A stretch of DNA of 64,000 nucleotides, from positions 28,272,001-28,336,000 of the forward strand of contig CM022672.1 of the NCBI GenBank assembly GCA_012295275.1, read 5' to 3'. This DNA is from Chrysomallon squamiferum (taxonomy: Eukaryota; Animalia; Mollusca). Below the pieces are notes generated by a model. The model did not search any database and had not been told where the DNA came from. It saw only the letters and a program-made list of their open reading frames with translations. The translations under genes and the position numbers were made by a program. Positions 13,704-26,078 of the stretch are shown in pieces (position 1 is the first letter of the stretch; each line of letters begins with the position of its first letter).

Positions 13704-16384
13704 TCACTCCTGTAGTCCAGTGTACTTTTCACTGACCTCCCAAAGTTTCTTTATCAAGGTGTCATCCTTAGACAGACTGCTAGCTTGATCATCAGCTTCT
13801 TCACAGTTCACAAAATATTTACCTGAGACACCCTCCACTTCCTCACTTACACAACAGTGAATAGATGTCTGGGCTCCCTCCTTGGAACTCTTAAATAAAT
13901 AAATAAATATATATATATATATACATATGTATATATGTATAATGTCAAAATGAAAGTGAATTATTAGATACATTTTTATCTCGGTGTCTGGTTGCAAATT
14001 CAACTGAAATAAATAAATTTTAATTTAAAAAAAAAAGAGAAAAGAGAAAGAAAATGTATCAACACATCTTTAATTTTTACTTTTACAAAATAACAAAATC
14101 AACAAAACAAACATTATTTTATTAAAATAAAGAGTGTTTTATCTGTCAGAAAATACAATGAACATCAAGTTGCTGCTGTTTTATATTTACCAGTGGTAAG
14201 AGATTGATAATCCATGAAAGTGCTGGTAACTGGTATTTAAAAAGTTGTGTTCTAACAAAGCCAGGATGTAAACAGTTAACAGTTACACCTGCAATTTGTA
14301 ATATATAAAATATTTAAATGTAATTTAAACAAAATTGTAATCATGAACAAAAATCAATAAGCATATATTCTGTAAATTGTATTTATAATCTGTTAAATGT
14401 TAATCAGCTTAAATATGTTTAATAGCCACATGTAATAATAATTTTCAACAATAAAATGATTAAAAACAAATAAATAAATAAGTCAGTTACAAAAAACATC
14501 ATTAATAAATACATCAAATGAACAATATAAAAAATATATATAATTTAAAAAACCTCACAATATTATGATTGAATGCTTCAGATTTTACCGTAACATATTC
14601 ACATAAAAAAAATGTTCATAGAAAAATTATTTCAATGCAATAGTAATAATAATGTATTTTTATTTCTAAAGCTGTGTTATAATTGATTTTCGTCTCAATT
14701 TATGGCTGAGAATATGTATATGAATAGATATGTAGTCTAGTTGTAATAATTTTTTTGTTTGTTTCACCTGTTCCTTCAAGTTTTCTTGCCAACTCTCTTG
14801 TAAACAAAACATTAGCAAGTTTGCTATTTTTGTAAGTTTTATTTCTAGAAAATGATTTTTCTGCTCTAAGATTATCAAATTCTATTTGTCCTGATGTGTG
14901 TGCACATGAAGAGACAATCACAATCCGACTCGGTGCAGAATCTTTAAGCAACTCTGAGAAGAGGAAAAAACATAAAATATTTCCATTCCAAAAATGCAAT
15001 GTATATAAGTTTTGGTAATTAATAAATAATAAAAAATGAAGAAGAGAAAAAAGAAGACTCGAACCTTTGTTTTCTTAAACAAAGACAAGAAAATGTTAAA
15101 TAACAATAAGAGAAATGATTTAAATACCTAGTAACAGATTGGTCAGTAAAAATGGCCCAAAGTGGTTGGTGACAAAATTAGATTCAAAACCTTCATCTGT
15201 GATGGTTTTGTTTACACCTAGAAAAACACCAACAACTATAATAATATAAACAAACACTGATAATTATAATTATGCATGCAGATTTGTTTTCACAACTTTA
15301 TTAAATGTTTATTTCAACTTAAATTCAAGTTTTGTTACCATTATTTTACCTAAGAATGACCTAAGTTGGATATTTTGTGACAAGAAATTGAAGAACTCAA
15401 GGAATATAGATTGCTAATGAAACCATTAATAAAAATGGTTTCATTAGCAATCTATCCATCAATCCCATGACACATAAAATAAAAATTAAAACTTGTAATA
15501 ATTTGGCATATGCACATTATGCCATTTTCTTCCTTTATTATTACCAAAGTTTGAAACAGTAATATATAATGTTAAACATAAATCTTAACTAACTGTAAAG
15601 AAATAATCAAATAATATAATAATTAGGAAGTATAGAGTGTATATTTAGGTTGTTTGTTCATAAAACACTATAAGAATATTGACATTTTAAATACTAATTT
15701 TTAAACATGGATTCACCTAAAACTCCAGCATTATTAACCAGAATATCGAGTCTCTTCTCTTCGTTTTTAATTTCATCAGCAAATTTTCTCACAGACTTCA
15801 ACGAGCTCAAATCTAGATGTTTAACAATGACATTTTTATTTCCTGTCTCAGCCTTTATTTTTTCACTTGCTTCCATCCCCTTCTCCATGTTGCGACAAGC
15901 AAGCAGAACTTTTGCTTTGCGATTTGCTAAATCCAATGCTGTAAAGAAGCCAATACCTTAAAAAAAACATAAATAAATAAATAAATAAACATTAAAAAAA
16001 AAACAAATAAGAAAATAAATATTGGCTTTATGCAGAAGATTATTAAAAAACATTTTGCTTAACAGATACTAAAAATTCATTAGGTTTTTGACTTTACACA
16101 TTCAAATTAAATGCTACAAATCAGAAAATTACAAAAATATTCACATCAGTATCTGCTGTATTGTGAATTTCAACCAAACAATAGCAAAATATATATATAT
16201 TTTTATTAGTATACACAATTAAGTAACAAATACTTTTTCATATACCTGAATTGGCTCCTGTTACAATGGCAGTTTTCCCTGTCAGAGTTTTTTTAGAGGT
16301 ACATTTTTTGTGTGTTATTTTTATATACATATAAACAGCAGCCGGAAATGCTACTACTGGCAGACTCATCCAAATATATACCAT
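13704..16384 (-). CDS. Retinol dehydrogenase 11/12/13/14-like short-chain dehydrogenase/reductase, ~312 aa, 6 coding exons
   Basis: Exons 16384-16246, 15956-15717, 15217-15128, 14953-14768, 14288-14191 and 13889-13704 are all GT-AG and in phase (939 nt). N-terminal hydrophobic anchor, TGANSGIG, ACR, NNAG, NHFGPFLLTNLL, YKNSK (YxxxK), LHPGFV, EGAQT and GKYF motifs. A probable 5' UTR exon ends near 16631. Confidence 0.93.
15406..15455. repeat. Perfect 22-bp inverted repeat with 6-nt loop (RDH intron 2)
   Basis: atagattgctaatgaaaccatt-aataaa-aatggtttcattagcaatctat. Confidence 0.95.
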
Positions 16385-17835
16385 ATTGCTTCTGAAATAC
16401 CAAATCATTAAATACTAAACTATGAAATATTAATACATTACATACTAAATTCTGCAAAACATTAGAACATATTAATATTTAACTGTTAAATACAAAGATC
16501 TGTGTGTGTGTGTGTGTGGCAATTATAAAAAAAATAAACATAAATAAATTAAATAAATAAATAAATTCCTCTGAATAAATATTATGTTATTTGTACGTAT
16601 ATTTAGTAAAATTATTATTATTATTATTACCCTTTGTTATAACCTCGTCATTAGTTCACTAGTCGGTAGTAACATTAAATAGGTGTTGCTGCAGTTTTCA
16701 CTGGTCTAAATCGTACTTTCTGGGACAAGTCCAATACAGTGGATAAGCGACACAGCATTAATTTACAGCACTTTCCACATTTTTATAAAACTTCGCAACT
16801 AGAAACTAACAATTAGAATAAATATTATATAAGCAAGCTGTAAAAAATGTTGAAGATGATCTCGACGAAGTAAACAGACACGGTTGATTCACACGGGTTG
16901 AGAGAATCAAGCTGAAATGAAATATGTCATATACTATTCAAGATTTTCAAATTTATCGTAATCAAATAAAACTTTTATATTTATATATTAAGCTAGATAA
17001 TAAGGAAATTTTCATTTCTTGTAAATAATATTAACAGTTTTCTTAATAGTTGCAGCAACTTTCCTTGCAGAATTTCCTCCATTTTTCACACTACATCACT
17101 GGTACGACTAACTGTCTAATATTATTTTTATCAAACTATGTGCTGTCATTCACAAGTACTTTTAAAAAATATTATAATATATGAGTGTTTGATGTCTTTA
17201 CTTGTTATAGTAAATGAAACTAGGTTTATTTAAATAACAATATCGTGAACTGAGCGACGAACAGTAAGTAATAAATATGTTACACTATTAGTAATAGTAT
17301 TACCAGTGATACACTGATAGGCTTCCACAAAACTTTTACTCGGCCCAGACCAGGTGGGACATTTAGAACTGTCTTCGAGCATTTTTGTAATAGGTTCTAA
17401 ATACATTTGACTTATGTACAAGTATATGTGTGTATGTGTGTCTGCGTTTGTGTGTGTGTGGCTCCTTAGGTTTGGAGGCCCCATCAACATATATATATAT
17501 ATATATATATTAAATTACACGACAAAGAAGAAATTAACTAACGATATAATAGAGGTTCGATTTTATCAACTCTGTTGAAGGAAGAATAACTTCGGTTACA
17601 ATTTTCAGTTTGTAATCTAGGCCATAGTGATATAAATGACTGCGATCAGATAAGGTATGAAGTGTTACGTAAGGAGTTAATTAAATGTAAACCTTACTTA
17701 CATTTTTGGCATCATCATCATTGTATTATTGTACCATTTATCATCATAATTATGTTACTAATTTATCTAATTATTCAAAGGAAGGGTCGGCACCACCCTT
17801 AAAGGTTAATTCTTTTAATAATAAAACGAATTTTA

Positions 17836-17871
<36 letters not shown>

Positions 17872-18807
17872 TAAATAAGTAAATAAATAAAATTCACGTG
17901 CATGTGTTTGTCCCTTCATGCTCTGAATAACATTCGAATGAACTTGATGCCAGCTTCAAACCTTGCTAACAGTTGATATGGCGGCAACATAGGCGAAGAG
18001 ATAGCAACGCTAAGAACTGAATAAACACTAAAAGTTCAAATTATAAACATTTACATATTGTTTATCACACACACACACCCGTTTATTAAAACATAATCCG
18101 CTCCTGAAACTTACATGGCAGGATTACTATTTCCACCGATGTCTTCGCTGAATTGTATTATTATTTTTTTTTTTTTTTTTCCCTGAATAAAAATACGTGT
18201 TATTTAAACCACGTTTGTCCTGTTTTTTGAACTTCTATACATCCTGGTCACGAGCTCGCAGATAAGGCTGAATGCACAACCCGTCAAGTGCAAAACTGTT
18301 TATGTATTTTTTGTTTTACTTTGGACGACAAGAGGACATAGCAGTCACACGTTTTGAATTTTATGATATCTGCTTAAACAACGGAAACAAATTTCAGGTA
18401 TTGTTTTTACCAGTTAGTCATAATAATCATAAATTTTCGAAACATAGCGTTAAATTTAGTTTAATCGAAAGGACGTAAAACTGAGTGCGTAAATTAAATT
18501 GCTTCTGGTGCCGATAATACACTATATCAGTTACGCACAGACATATTCGCACACACACATGCATACGCATACACAGAAACATACGTATACATGCTCATTA
18601 TTTTGCTGTTACTTACATTGACAAAAAGGTGTAATATTAAAATATTCTATTGTAGTTTTGTCCGTAGGCAGATTTAACTTGAATGATTATATTTAAAGGT
18701 TCAAAGTGATATCCTAAACTTAATCGATCAAATTGACAGTCAAAACTATCTAAAAATGTATTTACAATTTAAACCTTTTTTTTCTCTTCTTTTTTCCCCA
18801 GGTGAAT

Positions 18808-20337
18808 ATGACGTCGTTTACTTTTTGTATTGTTGCTCTAGCAGTTATAATGAATGTAAAAGGTATAAAAATATTACTTTTGCCAACACCAGCTGCAAAG
18901 AGTCACGTGATAGAGTTGCTGGGAACAGGAGAAGAGATGGCTAAAAGAGGTCACAAAGTCTCAGTTTATTTGCCAGCGTTTACTGACACGGGATTTCTGA
19001 AACATTCACTCATTAATGTTATTTCTTATGATTTTAAGGAGGAATTCAAAAACCTGTTAGAAAATGGTATGATGAATATCCAGGCTGGAAACTGGAAACC
19101 GGAAGCAGGAATTTTAGATAATATATGGATTATGAAAGATATAAAGAAAGTGATGTGTTGGGGTCTGTTTTCTGACAAAGAAGGAATAGAGAAGTTGTCC
19201 AGGGAACAGTTTGATTTAGCACTGGTGTCTGCTTTACCATTTACTGAGTGCCTCTTTTGTCTTCCTTATTATCTGAATATTCCTACAGTGGCAGCAGGCG
19301 CATTTATCTTAGGAACACAGAGTGGTATGCCTTTACAAACAGGTATATTTCCTATATTTAAATCATCCTCAGATGATCACACATTTACGGAAACGTTTGT
19401 TGAATCTGTTGTTCAGGTTTTATTTTTTCTTATATATCCAGCCTTTTTTACAATGGATGTATCGGGGATTGATCCCAGATTGTCTGATGTTGATCCAAAC
19501 AAAGTAGTGGCGAGTTCTATTTTGTTTCTTGAAAATTCTGACAGTGTTTTCGATCGACCTAAAGCTATTTTTCCGAATTTTATTCAAGTTGGCGGTGTAA
19601 CAGCAAGGCTACCCAAGCCACTTGATAAATCATTGGAAGAATTTGTCGCACGTTCACCAAAAGGTATTATCTTAGTTTCCTTCGGTACAGCAGTACCATA
19701 TAAGTTTGCCCCAAAACCCATGATGAAAATTCTCTTGAACGCTTTGCATGAACAGGAATACAATGTGCTAATGAAATCAGAAACTGATTATGAAGATGGA
19801 AACGTAAAATTTTCCAAATGGTTCTCACAAAATGATATTCTAGGACATCCTAAAACAAAACTGTTTATTTCGCACTGTGGCAAGAATGGAGTGTTTGAAA
19901 GTATTTTTCACGGGGTTCCTATATTATGTGCCCCAAGAGCAACAGACCAGCCATCAAATGCTAGAAGAGTCGAAGAACTTCAAATTGGTAAATATATCAG
20001 TTTGGAGTCTGCCTCGTTAAAGCAGGTATTAAATTCTATTTACGATGTTCTCTATAATGAGACATATCGTGAAAATATAAAAAGACTTTCTGAGATATTT
20101 CGCGACAGACCAGACACACCTGCTCAAAGAGCTGCTAACGCCATAGAACATGTCTTAAAATACGGCAGTGACCACCTGACTCCGCCTACAAAACATCTAA
20201 CAACAATTCAGTATGTGTATGCGGATATTTGGTTTACTCTATATATATTTCTGTCGATTTGTTTATATCTTATCTATAAATGTTGTGACAAAGTCATAAA
20301 ATCTATGTATAGATCAACAAAAGTGAAACGAAACTGA
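18808..20337 (+). CDS. UDP-glycosyltransferase (GT1/UGT family), intact single coding exon, 509 aa
   Basis: ATG at 18808 follows a polypyrimidine/CAG acceptor ending at 18801. Signal peptide, KSH catalytic His, signature WFSQNDILGHPKTKLFISHCGKNGVFESIFHGVPILCAPRATDQ, TM helix and KVKRN dilysine tail. Confidence 0.95.
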   Translation: MTSFTFCIVALAVIMNVKGIKILLLPTPAAKSHVIELLGTGEEMAKRGHKVSVYLPAFTDTGFLKHSLINVISYDFKEEFKNLLENGMMNIQAGNWKPEAGILDNIWIMKDIKKVMCWGLFSDKEGIEKLSREQFDLALVSALPFTECLFCLPYYLNIPTVAAGAFILGTQSGMPLQTGIFPIFKSSSDDHTFTETFVESVVQVLFFLIYPAFFTMDVSGIDPRLSDVDPNKVVASSILFLENSDSVFDRPKAIFPNFIQVGGVTARLPKPLDKSLEEFVARSPKGIILVSFGTAVPYKFAPKPMMKILLNALHEQEYNVLMKSETDYEDGNVKFSKWFSQNDILGHPKTKLFISHCGKNGVFESIFHGVPILCAPRATDQPSNARRVEELQIGKYISLESASLKQVLNSIYDVLYNETYRENIKRLSEIFRDRPDTPAQRAANAIEHVLKYGSDHLTPPTKHLTTIQYVYADIWFTLYIFLSICLYLIYKCCDKVIKSMYRSTKVKRN

Positions 20338-23162
20338 AAGTTGATTAACTTGTTGTCAGTCATATCAAACAGGTGGCATTACACTTTCCTACATGCTGTT
20401 ACAAAAAACATAAACTGACACTCGTTAAGGAAAGAGATACGACGATGTTTTTTAACTTATGACAATCATTTTTAACCATCACTTTCTAAGGATATGCGAT
20501 GCCCTGAAAACAGTCCAACCTTGGTGCCACCTAGACCCTTCCACTGTCAAATCAAAATCCACAAGACGCTAAGACGTAACAGAAGTTGCGTGTTGAATAT
20601 TCGATTTAAAACATGATGTTAGTTTCAGGCCCATTTGGCATTATGTTACGTAGAACACATCTTAATTATTATTATCACCAATTTTAACGAACTAATATTT
20701 TTGATACAAAAAGAAAAGAAATAATTAATTATATAAATTATATTTTTAAAATCTAAGCGGAAGAAATAAATTGAGAAACTGTCCAGATTAAATTTTACTA
20801 TAATATTACTATATTTAAAAAGCGTGGGTACTGACCCAGTCATACTACAAAATAATATTGCGCATTTTTTCCTTCTACCTTTTTTTTTTTCTTTTTTTTT
20901 CTTTTATCTAAATACAAATAAGCGATCGAATTCCGGACACTAATGGTCTGGAACTTCTATTAGGATAAAATTTGGAAACGCATTAATGTACTTTTAATGT
21001 ATTTTATTACATTATTGAGTGGATCTAGCTTCTGCTAATAAACTAAATGTTGTGATAATATCCCAGTTTTAAAATTACCATGTGATCGAAAACTTCATAT
21101 ACATACTATGGCTATTACGTTAAGTCTGTAAAATATCGAAAGATCATTCAAACCTGATTCCGAACATTTTTTACCAGGATAAAATGCATGTTTTCTTTCG
21201 TTGCAAATATAGTTTCTATAAGTGATTAATATTGTTTTAATAAGGGCGATTATTTGATATTTAGGTGCGTTTGCGTCGTAGATAGCAATCATTTGAAGGG
21301 AGTGGTTATGTGATCATCGTTATCGTATACGAACCAAACTGGAAACACAATTACGTTTTCCCGAATATTACCGTATCTATCTATATTTGTTTATGGGGGG
21401 GGGTGTTGTTTGTGTTTTTGTTTTGTTCTTTTTGTTTTTGTTGTTTAAATAATGTTGTGGGAATCATTTACCTTTAAAACAGAATCTATTTTTAGCCGTT
21501 ATGAGAAACCCCTTTATTGGGATCCAGGACGAAACACCAATGAATAAAACAGAAACCGCTTATTACAAATGTGGACAAAACCCAATCAACTATAGCAAGA
21601 TTCAGATGTGGACTGTCTAGACTTTCTGTGATTATAAATACATATATATGCATTCGTACATATGTAATAAATTTACAAATATTTCATCATGTGAAAGTGT
21701 TTTTGTTTTTTGTTGATGTTTATTAAAATATATCTTTTATAACAAAAATCTTCTTGTTTACAGTTCGGATATTAGATTTATTTAAACTTGTACATTCATC
21801 TGCTTGAACAACAATACAGATTACAGGTGAGTAAATGTACTTGCAGAATGGTAGTGATCTAAAGGGGAATGTAAGGATTAGTTGCTATTAACAGTGGGTT
21901 TTTTCCCCTCATTTAAAATAAGCGATTGGGATTATGTCTGTTGGTTATTTGTCATGTAGTTTTTGATATACATTGAGGCCTTGGATCACGCGCAAGACAA
22001 TTGACCATAACGTAATTTAAATCAACTTAATGGCAGTGGTGTTTACACTTAATTTGCAAATTTTGTCATGTAGTACCTGTATTGGTAATGGGTAAAGTTG
22101 CACCTATTATTAATGAACTGGGAAGTTCGATGTTAAGTAACGAATTTTTCTTTAAATTCTATCTAATAAATTAAAAATGTGCAGGTCTTGTATTTAGAAT
22201 AATTTATGCCATTAATCAAAAGAAAAAACTCCATTACTGTCAGAACATTCGGGTTAACTTGCCGGATATTATTCCTGTTGTACAGTTCACACTCCATTTA
22301 ACGGATTAAAGGGCGGAAAGGCTTAGCGGAAAATCAAAATTTCAGTAGTTATTCAGTGTTAGAAATAGCACTGAATTTCGGTGGATTCGAATAGCCAATA
22401 TTTCCCAGATTTTATCCGAATTTTACGAAATCAGCTATTTATTTATGTATTTATTTATTTGTTTATTTGTTTTTTGTTTGTTTATTGATTTATTTTTGTG
22501 TGATTTGTGGGTATTTGTCATAATTAGGTGAACACGAAAAGAATACAATCAAGTCCACGTTTCTGGTGCATCGCTGTATTTTGTTACTGGGAAACGATAG
22601 CCATGCGCACATATGTAATCGAAATGTATGGTTTGTGATTTTTTAAACAAAGTCTACAAAGAAACATTTATTTAGATTGTCATGTGCCGTCAACAGAAAT
22701 ACCTACATATCACACAAAAATAAATAAACAAACAAAAAATAAACAAATAAATAAATAACAGGAAGTCTTATGATCTTTTATTTTATAAACAAAGTGAAAT
22801 TGAAAGAATAACTAAAGCAAACTTGAAGCAAAAAGAAAAGTGACGTATTATTTATCAGTCTACTGAATGAAATTCCAATTTCCTATAACCATAATCCACA
22901 GTTCACAAATTAATATTAAATACGTGTTCAAAACTTTAACAGCTCAGAGAATACTGTATTTATTAATGCATGACGACTTCCTCAAATCATCTCCGTTTCG
23001 ATGATCCCTTATATATATCGGATTATATACCACTCGTAGATTTAATTGACAACTTGTTTACCAGAAGACCAAATAGATTGAAATAATTAGTTCTCAGAGA
23101 AACATTATTGGTTTTTGAAATTTAATTGATGTCATCTAGCTGGTATAAAAATATCTGCAAGT

Positions 23163-23213
<51 letters not shown>

Positions 23214-23298
23214 AGTTTACGTAGTAAATTCTTTTCAGTATTCTAGTTTCACTTAATAACAGATATATGCAGTAACGAATGCTTTCATTTATCAAAAG

Positions 23299-23368
23299 CA
23301 GAAGTCGGCAACCCTTGGCCCACGGGCCACATCCAGCCCGCGAGGGATTTTAGTCCTGCCCGCCAACT
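23299..23368 (+). mobile_element. hAT (Charlie/Buster-type) terminal fragment
   Basis: cagaagtcggcaacccttggcccacgggccacatccagcccgc resembles typical hAT MITE termini (CAGGGGTCGGCAAC..GGCCCGCGGGCC). No partner TIR was found. Confidence 0.55.
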
Positions 23369-23496
23369 GAACACATGGACACAAATTATTACATTAACTT
23401 CATTGTTTTTTTCTTTAAATCTCCAGACCAAAGCAGCCTTGCTTCCTAGCATCCCATTTTGGTGCTCAAAATTGAAGAAAGAATTGAGAGGAAGAG

Positions 23497-23548
<52 letters not shown>

Positions 23549-23679
23549 TAATATCATAGCCCTATACAAAATACTGCATAACTATCTGGTCCCCTCTCTC
23601 CAAAACCCCCTCATCTAAAGTAACGTGTCTGCTTATTAAGCGATGCATCATTGTTACGCTTACAGAGCCGAGCTATCAA

Positions 23680-23824
23680 GAACAGAGCATGCGCAATAAT
23701 ACATTAATGGCCACGGAAGAAATGCTACGATGGGAGTGGTTAAATGTAGCGTGTTCTAGCTAATTTCAGTAATATTAACATCAGGACATAGTCATGTTCT
23801 TACCCTAAATACATCTAGGTGAGT
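23680..23824 (+). promoter_or_regulatory. Candidate promoter and first non-coding exon of the zinc-finger gene
   Basis: NRF1-like GCATGCGCA near 23687, ETS-like CGGAAG, CpG enrichment and a strong donor TAG|GTGAGT at 23818/23819. The link to the ZnF gene is inferred. Confidence 0.4.
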
Positions 23825-24184
23825 GGTTTCAGTATAAAAAAACGAATTGTAGAAAATATCGCGGATTTATTTCTAATTTATAACACAGGAAGATTCGTGG
23901 TTTCGCCGCAGCCGATTCTCGGCTGCCATTGATTAACATAGAAAGAATACTAAAAATAGAACGTCTCCAGCGAACAGACGCAAAGAGCTGATCGGTCAGA
24001 CAAGAAAATGTGATCTTAATCGTAGGCTAATAATCTAATCCGTAAAATGTTTCGAGATAATATAGAGAATATAAACAACATGATTAGCATATTCGATATT
24101 GATAATCATAATGATAATCATAACGACATAAGTCGCGATGATAAGAGAAGATTTTAAAGAATAATAATAAAAAGTAATGTATGT

Positions 24185-25368
24185 AGGTATGTGTATTTCT
24201 GCCGGAACTGCGTCCGCCATTTTCTGCCAAATCCGTGTGATCGGGATTTCCCCCGATGGCGAGTGGTGTCTCTGCGTAAATCGCTTCTCGTTACTCAGGG
24301 GTTGGGAGTTTCGGTTATCCCTGATGGTATAATTAGCGGGAAATTCCCGTATACTCACTCGTTTTCGAATTTTTCAATTCGGTCAATTGGTTCGTTTCGG
24401 AGGAGAGTTCGAAAATTTGTTTCGTATTCAACACGTTAAAATCGGTCGTTTTCGATATCGGAGGATAATCTAAGATAGATGGAGGCGAAGAACAATATTT
24501 AATTTTATTATATGTGAATTTATATTGAAATCTGACACAGCTGAAAAAAACTGCACACGCCGGACAGAGGAGCTGTAACATCGAAATGGCTTCAAAATCA
24601 AACATGGCGGATGAAAATTCGAGTGAAACTGAAGTGATTTCTACCCTCGATTTTTAATAGCTTGCATTTTTAATAGCTTGATTTGAGAGGACTAGTTACC
24701 ATCTATCTTCAGTCCAAATTTCACTAATAAAATTTCATTATTAAGAAAGTTACATGCATTTTAGTGAAAAACAATAGGATTTTGGTCACGCCATTGTAAT
24801 GCAAATGGCGGAAATGCATTAAATAATAGGACAATTAATTAGTGTTAATTGAAAACGTTAAAATGCTGTAACTTCCTTAATACTCAACAGAATCACATGA
24901 TGTTTGTTGTCTTTTATAGGGTTTTTTAGAGTTCTTTTCAGCAATGTTATTTATGTTGAAGTTGGTAGTGTTGAAGTTGGTAGAATTTTTTGTCCACATA
25001 AATTATTGTTTGTTAGGTTGCTGGTACCTTAATTAATAACTTCTTTTTAATTTTTACAAATATAATCGATAGCAGAGATTGGCATTGGTCTTCACTGAAA
25101 ATTTCATCAAGAAAGCTTGCTTATTAACAAAGATAGAGGGGAAAATGTTAAAATATTACTATTTTTGGTCACAAACCTCTAATGACTTATATAGCGTTTA
25201 ATCGGAAGAAAAAAATCGCTTTTCAGGGGGGTTAAAATTGCTGCTACTTCCTTAATTTTTTACATATTCACTTGATCTTGGTATCATTTTAAAGTGGTTT
25301 ACAAACTCTACCCAACTGTCTTATTTATTTTCAGATTAGTGGGGTTTGAAAAATTTATCCACATACCT
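24185..25368. mobile_element. Non-autonomous DNA transposon with 9-bp TSD (Mutator-like)
   Basis: Termini AGGTATGTG...CACATACCT are inverted, and both flanks are the identical 9-mer AATGTATGT (24176-24184 and 25369-25377). CpG-rich 5' half, no long ORF. Confidence 0.72.
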
Positions 25369-25768
25369 AATGTATGTGACTGTGAGTATGTCACTATCAT
25401 TCATTCATTGTTAGTGTTTTACTAATTTACTGTAGGTGTTGGATGTAGTGAAACATATTTATTTTCACTTTTATAGTCACTCACAATAAAAAGTTTGTTT
25501 TATTTATATAACTACAACTATTAATTGTATTATCATATTTATATAAATAGATGTTTCTGTGCATACGAGTTTAAGTATTGTTGTATTTTAAACTGAATTA
25601 AGGTGGCAGTTTGAATAAATGAGCTAATAAAATTATTTTAAGTTTTTGTACAACCCTTGATCAGAAGAATAATACTGTTTATTTACAAACTATTTGAATG
25701 GTAACTTTTTAATCCTTTTCCTCAAGTTAGGTTAGAAATGTTGGAAGAAGTAACTTTATTCTTTAGAC

Positions 25769-26078
25769 CATAGGTTTTCAACTTGGGGGTTGCGACCCAT
25801 AGAGGAATCGCCGCCATCCGTTTTCTGGTGGTCGCGAGATTGTTCTTGAACGAGGGTATGTTTTAGCTGTTTTCAACTTGACTTGGAAGGAGGAATAAAT
25901 AAAAATGTAGAGAGGTTTGGGACCCGACATAGTGAATATAGATTCCTTTTGTACTGTCTTTGATTGACAAAAAAATGGTAACCCTAGATTTTATTGAATC
26001 AAAATTTTTAAAGGGTGTCATCGGTCATATTGAGTTGTTCTTAAGCAGTTGTGGTATGAAAAAGGTTGAAAACCACTG
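25769..26078. mobile_element. hAT MITE (Buster/Charlie type)
   Basis: TIRs cataggttttcaactt and aggttgaaaaccactg, 8-bp TSD ctttagac / ctatagac (7/8 match), internal ggg..gcgaccc subterminal motifs. Confidence 0.85.

Noticed and set aside
18802-18807. GTG start of the 511-aa ORF
   Set aside because: Eukaryotic gene; the GTG follows a splice acceptor and the ATG at 18808 starts a normal signal peptide.
21764-21826. Exon-like segment (tttacag ... cag|gtgagt)
   Set aside because: Stops in all frames and no gene to assign it to; it could be a non-coding exon but is unsupported.
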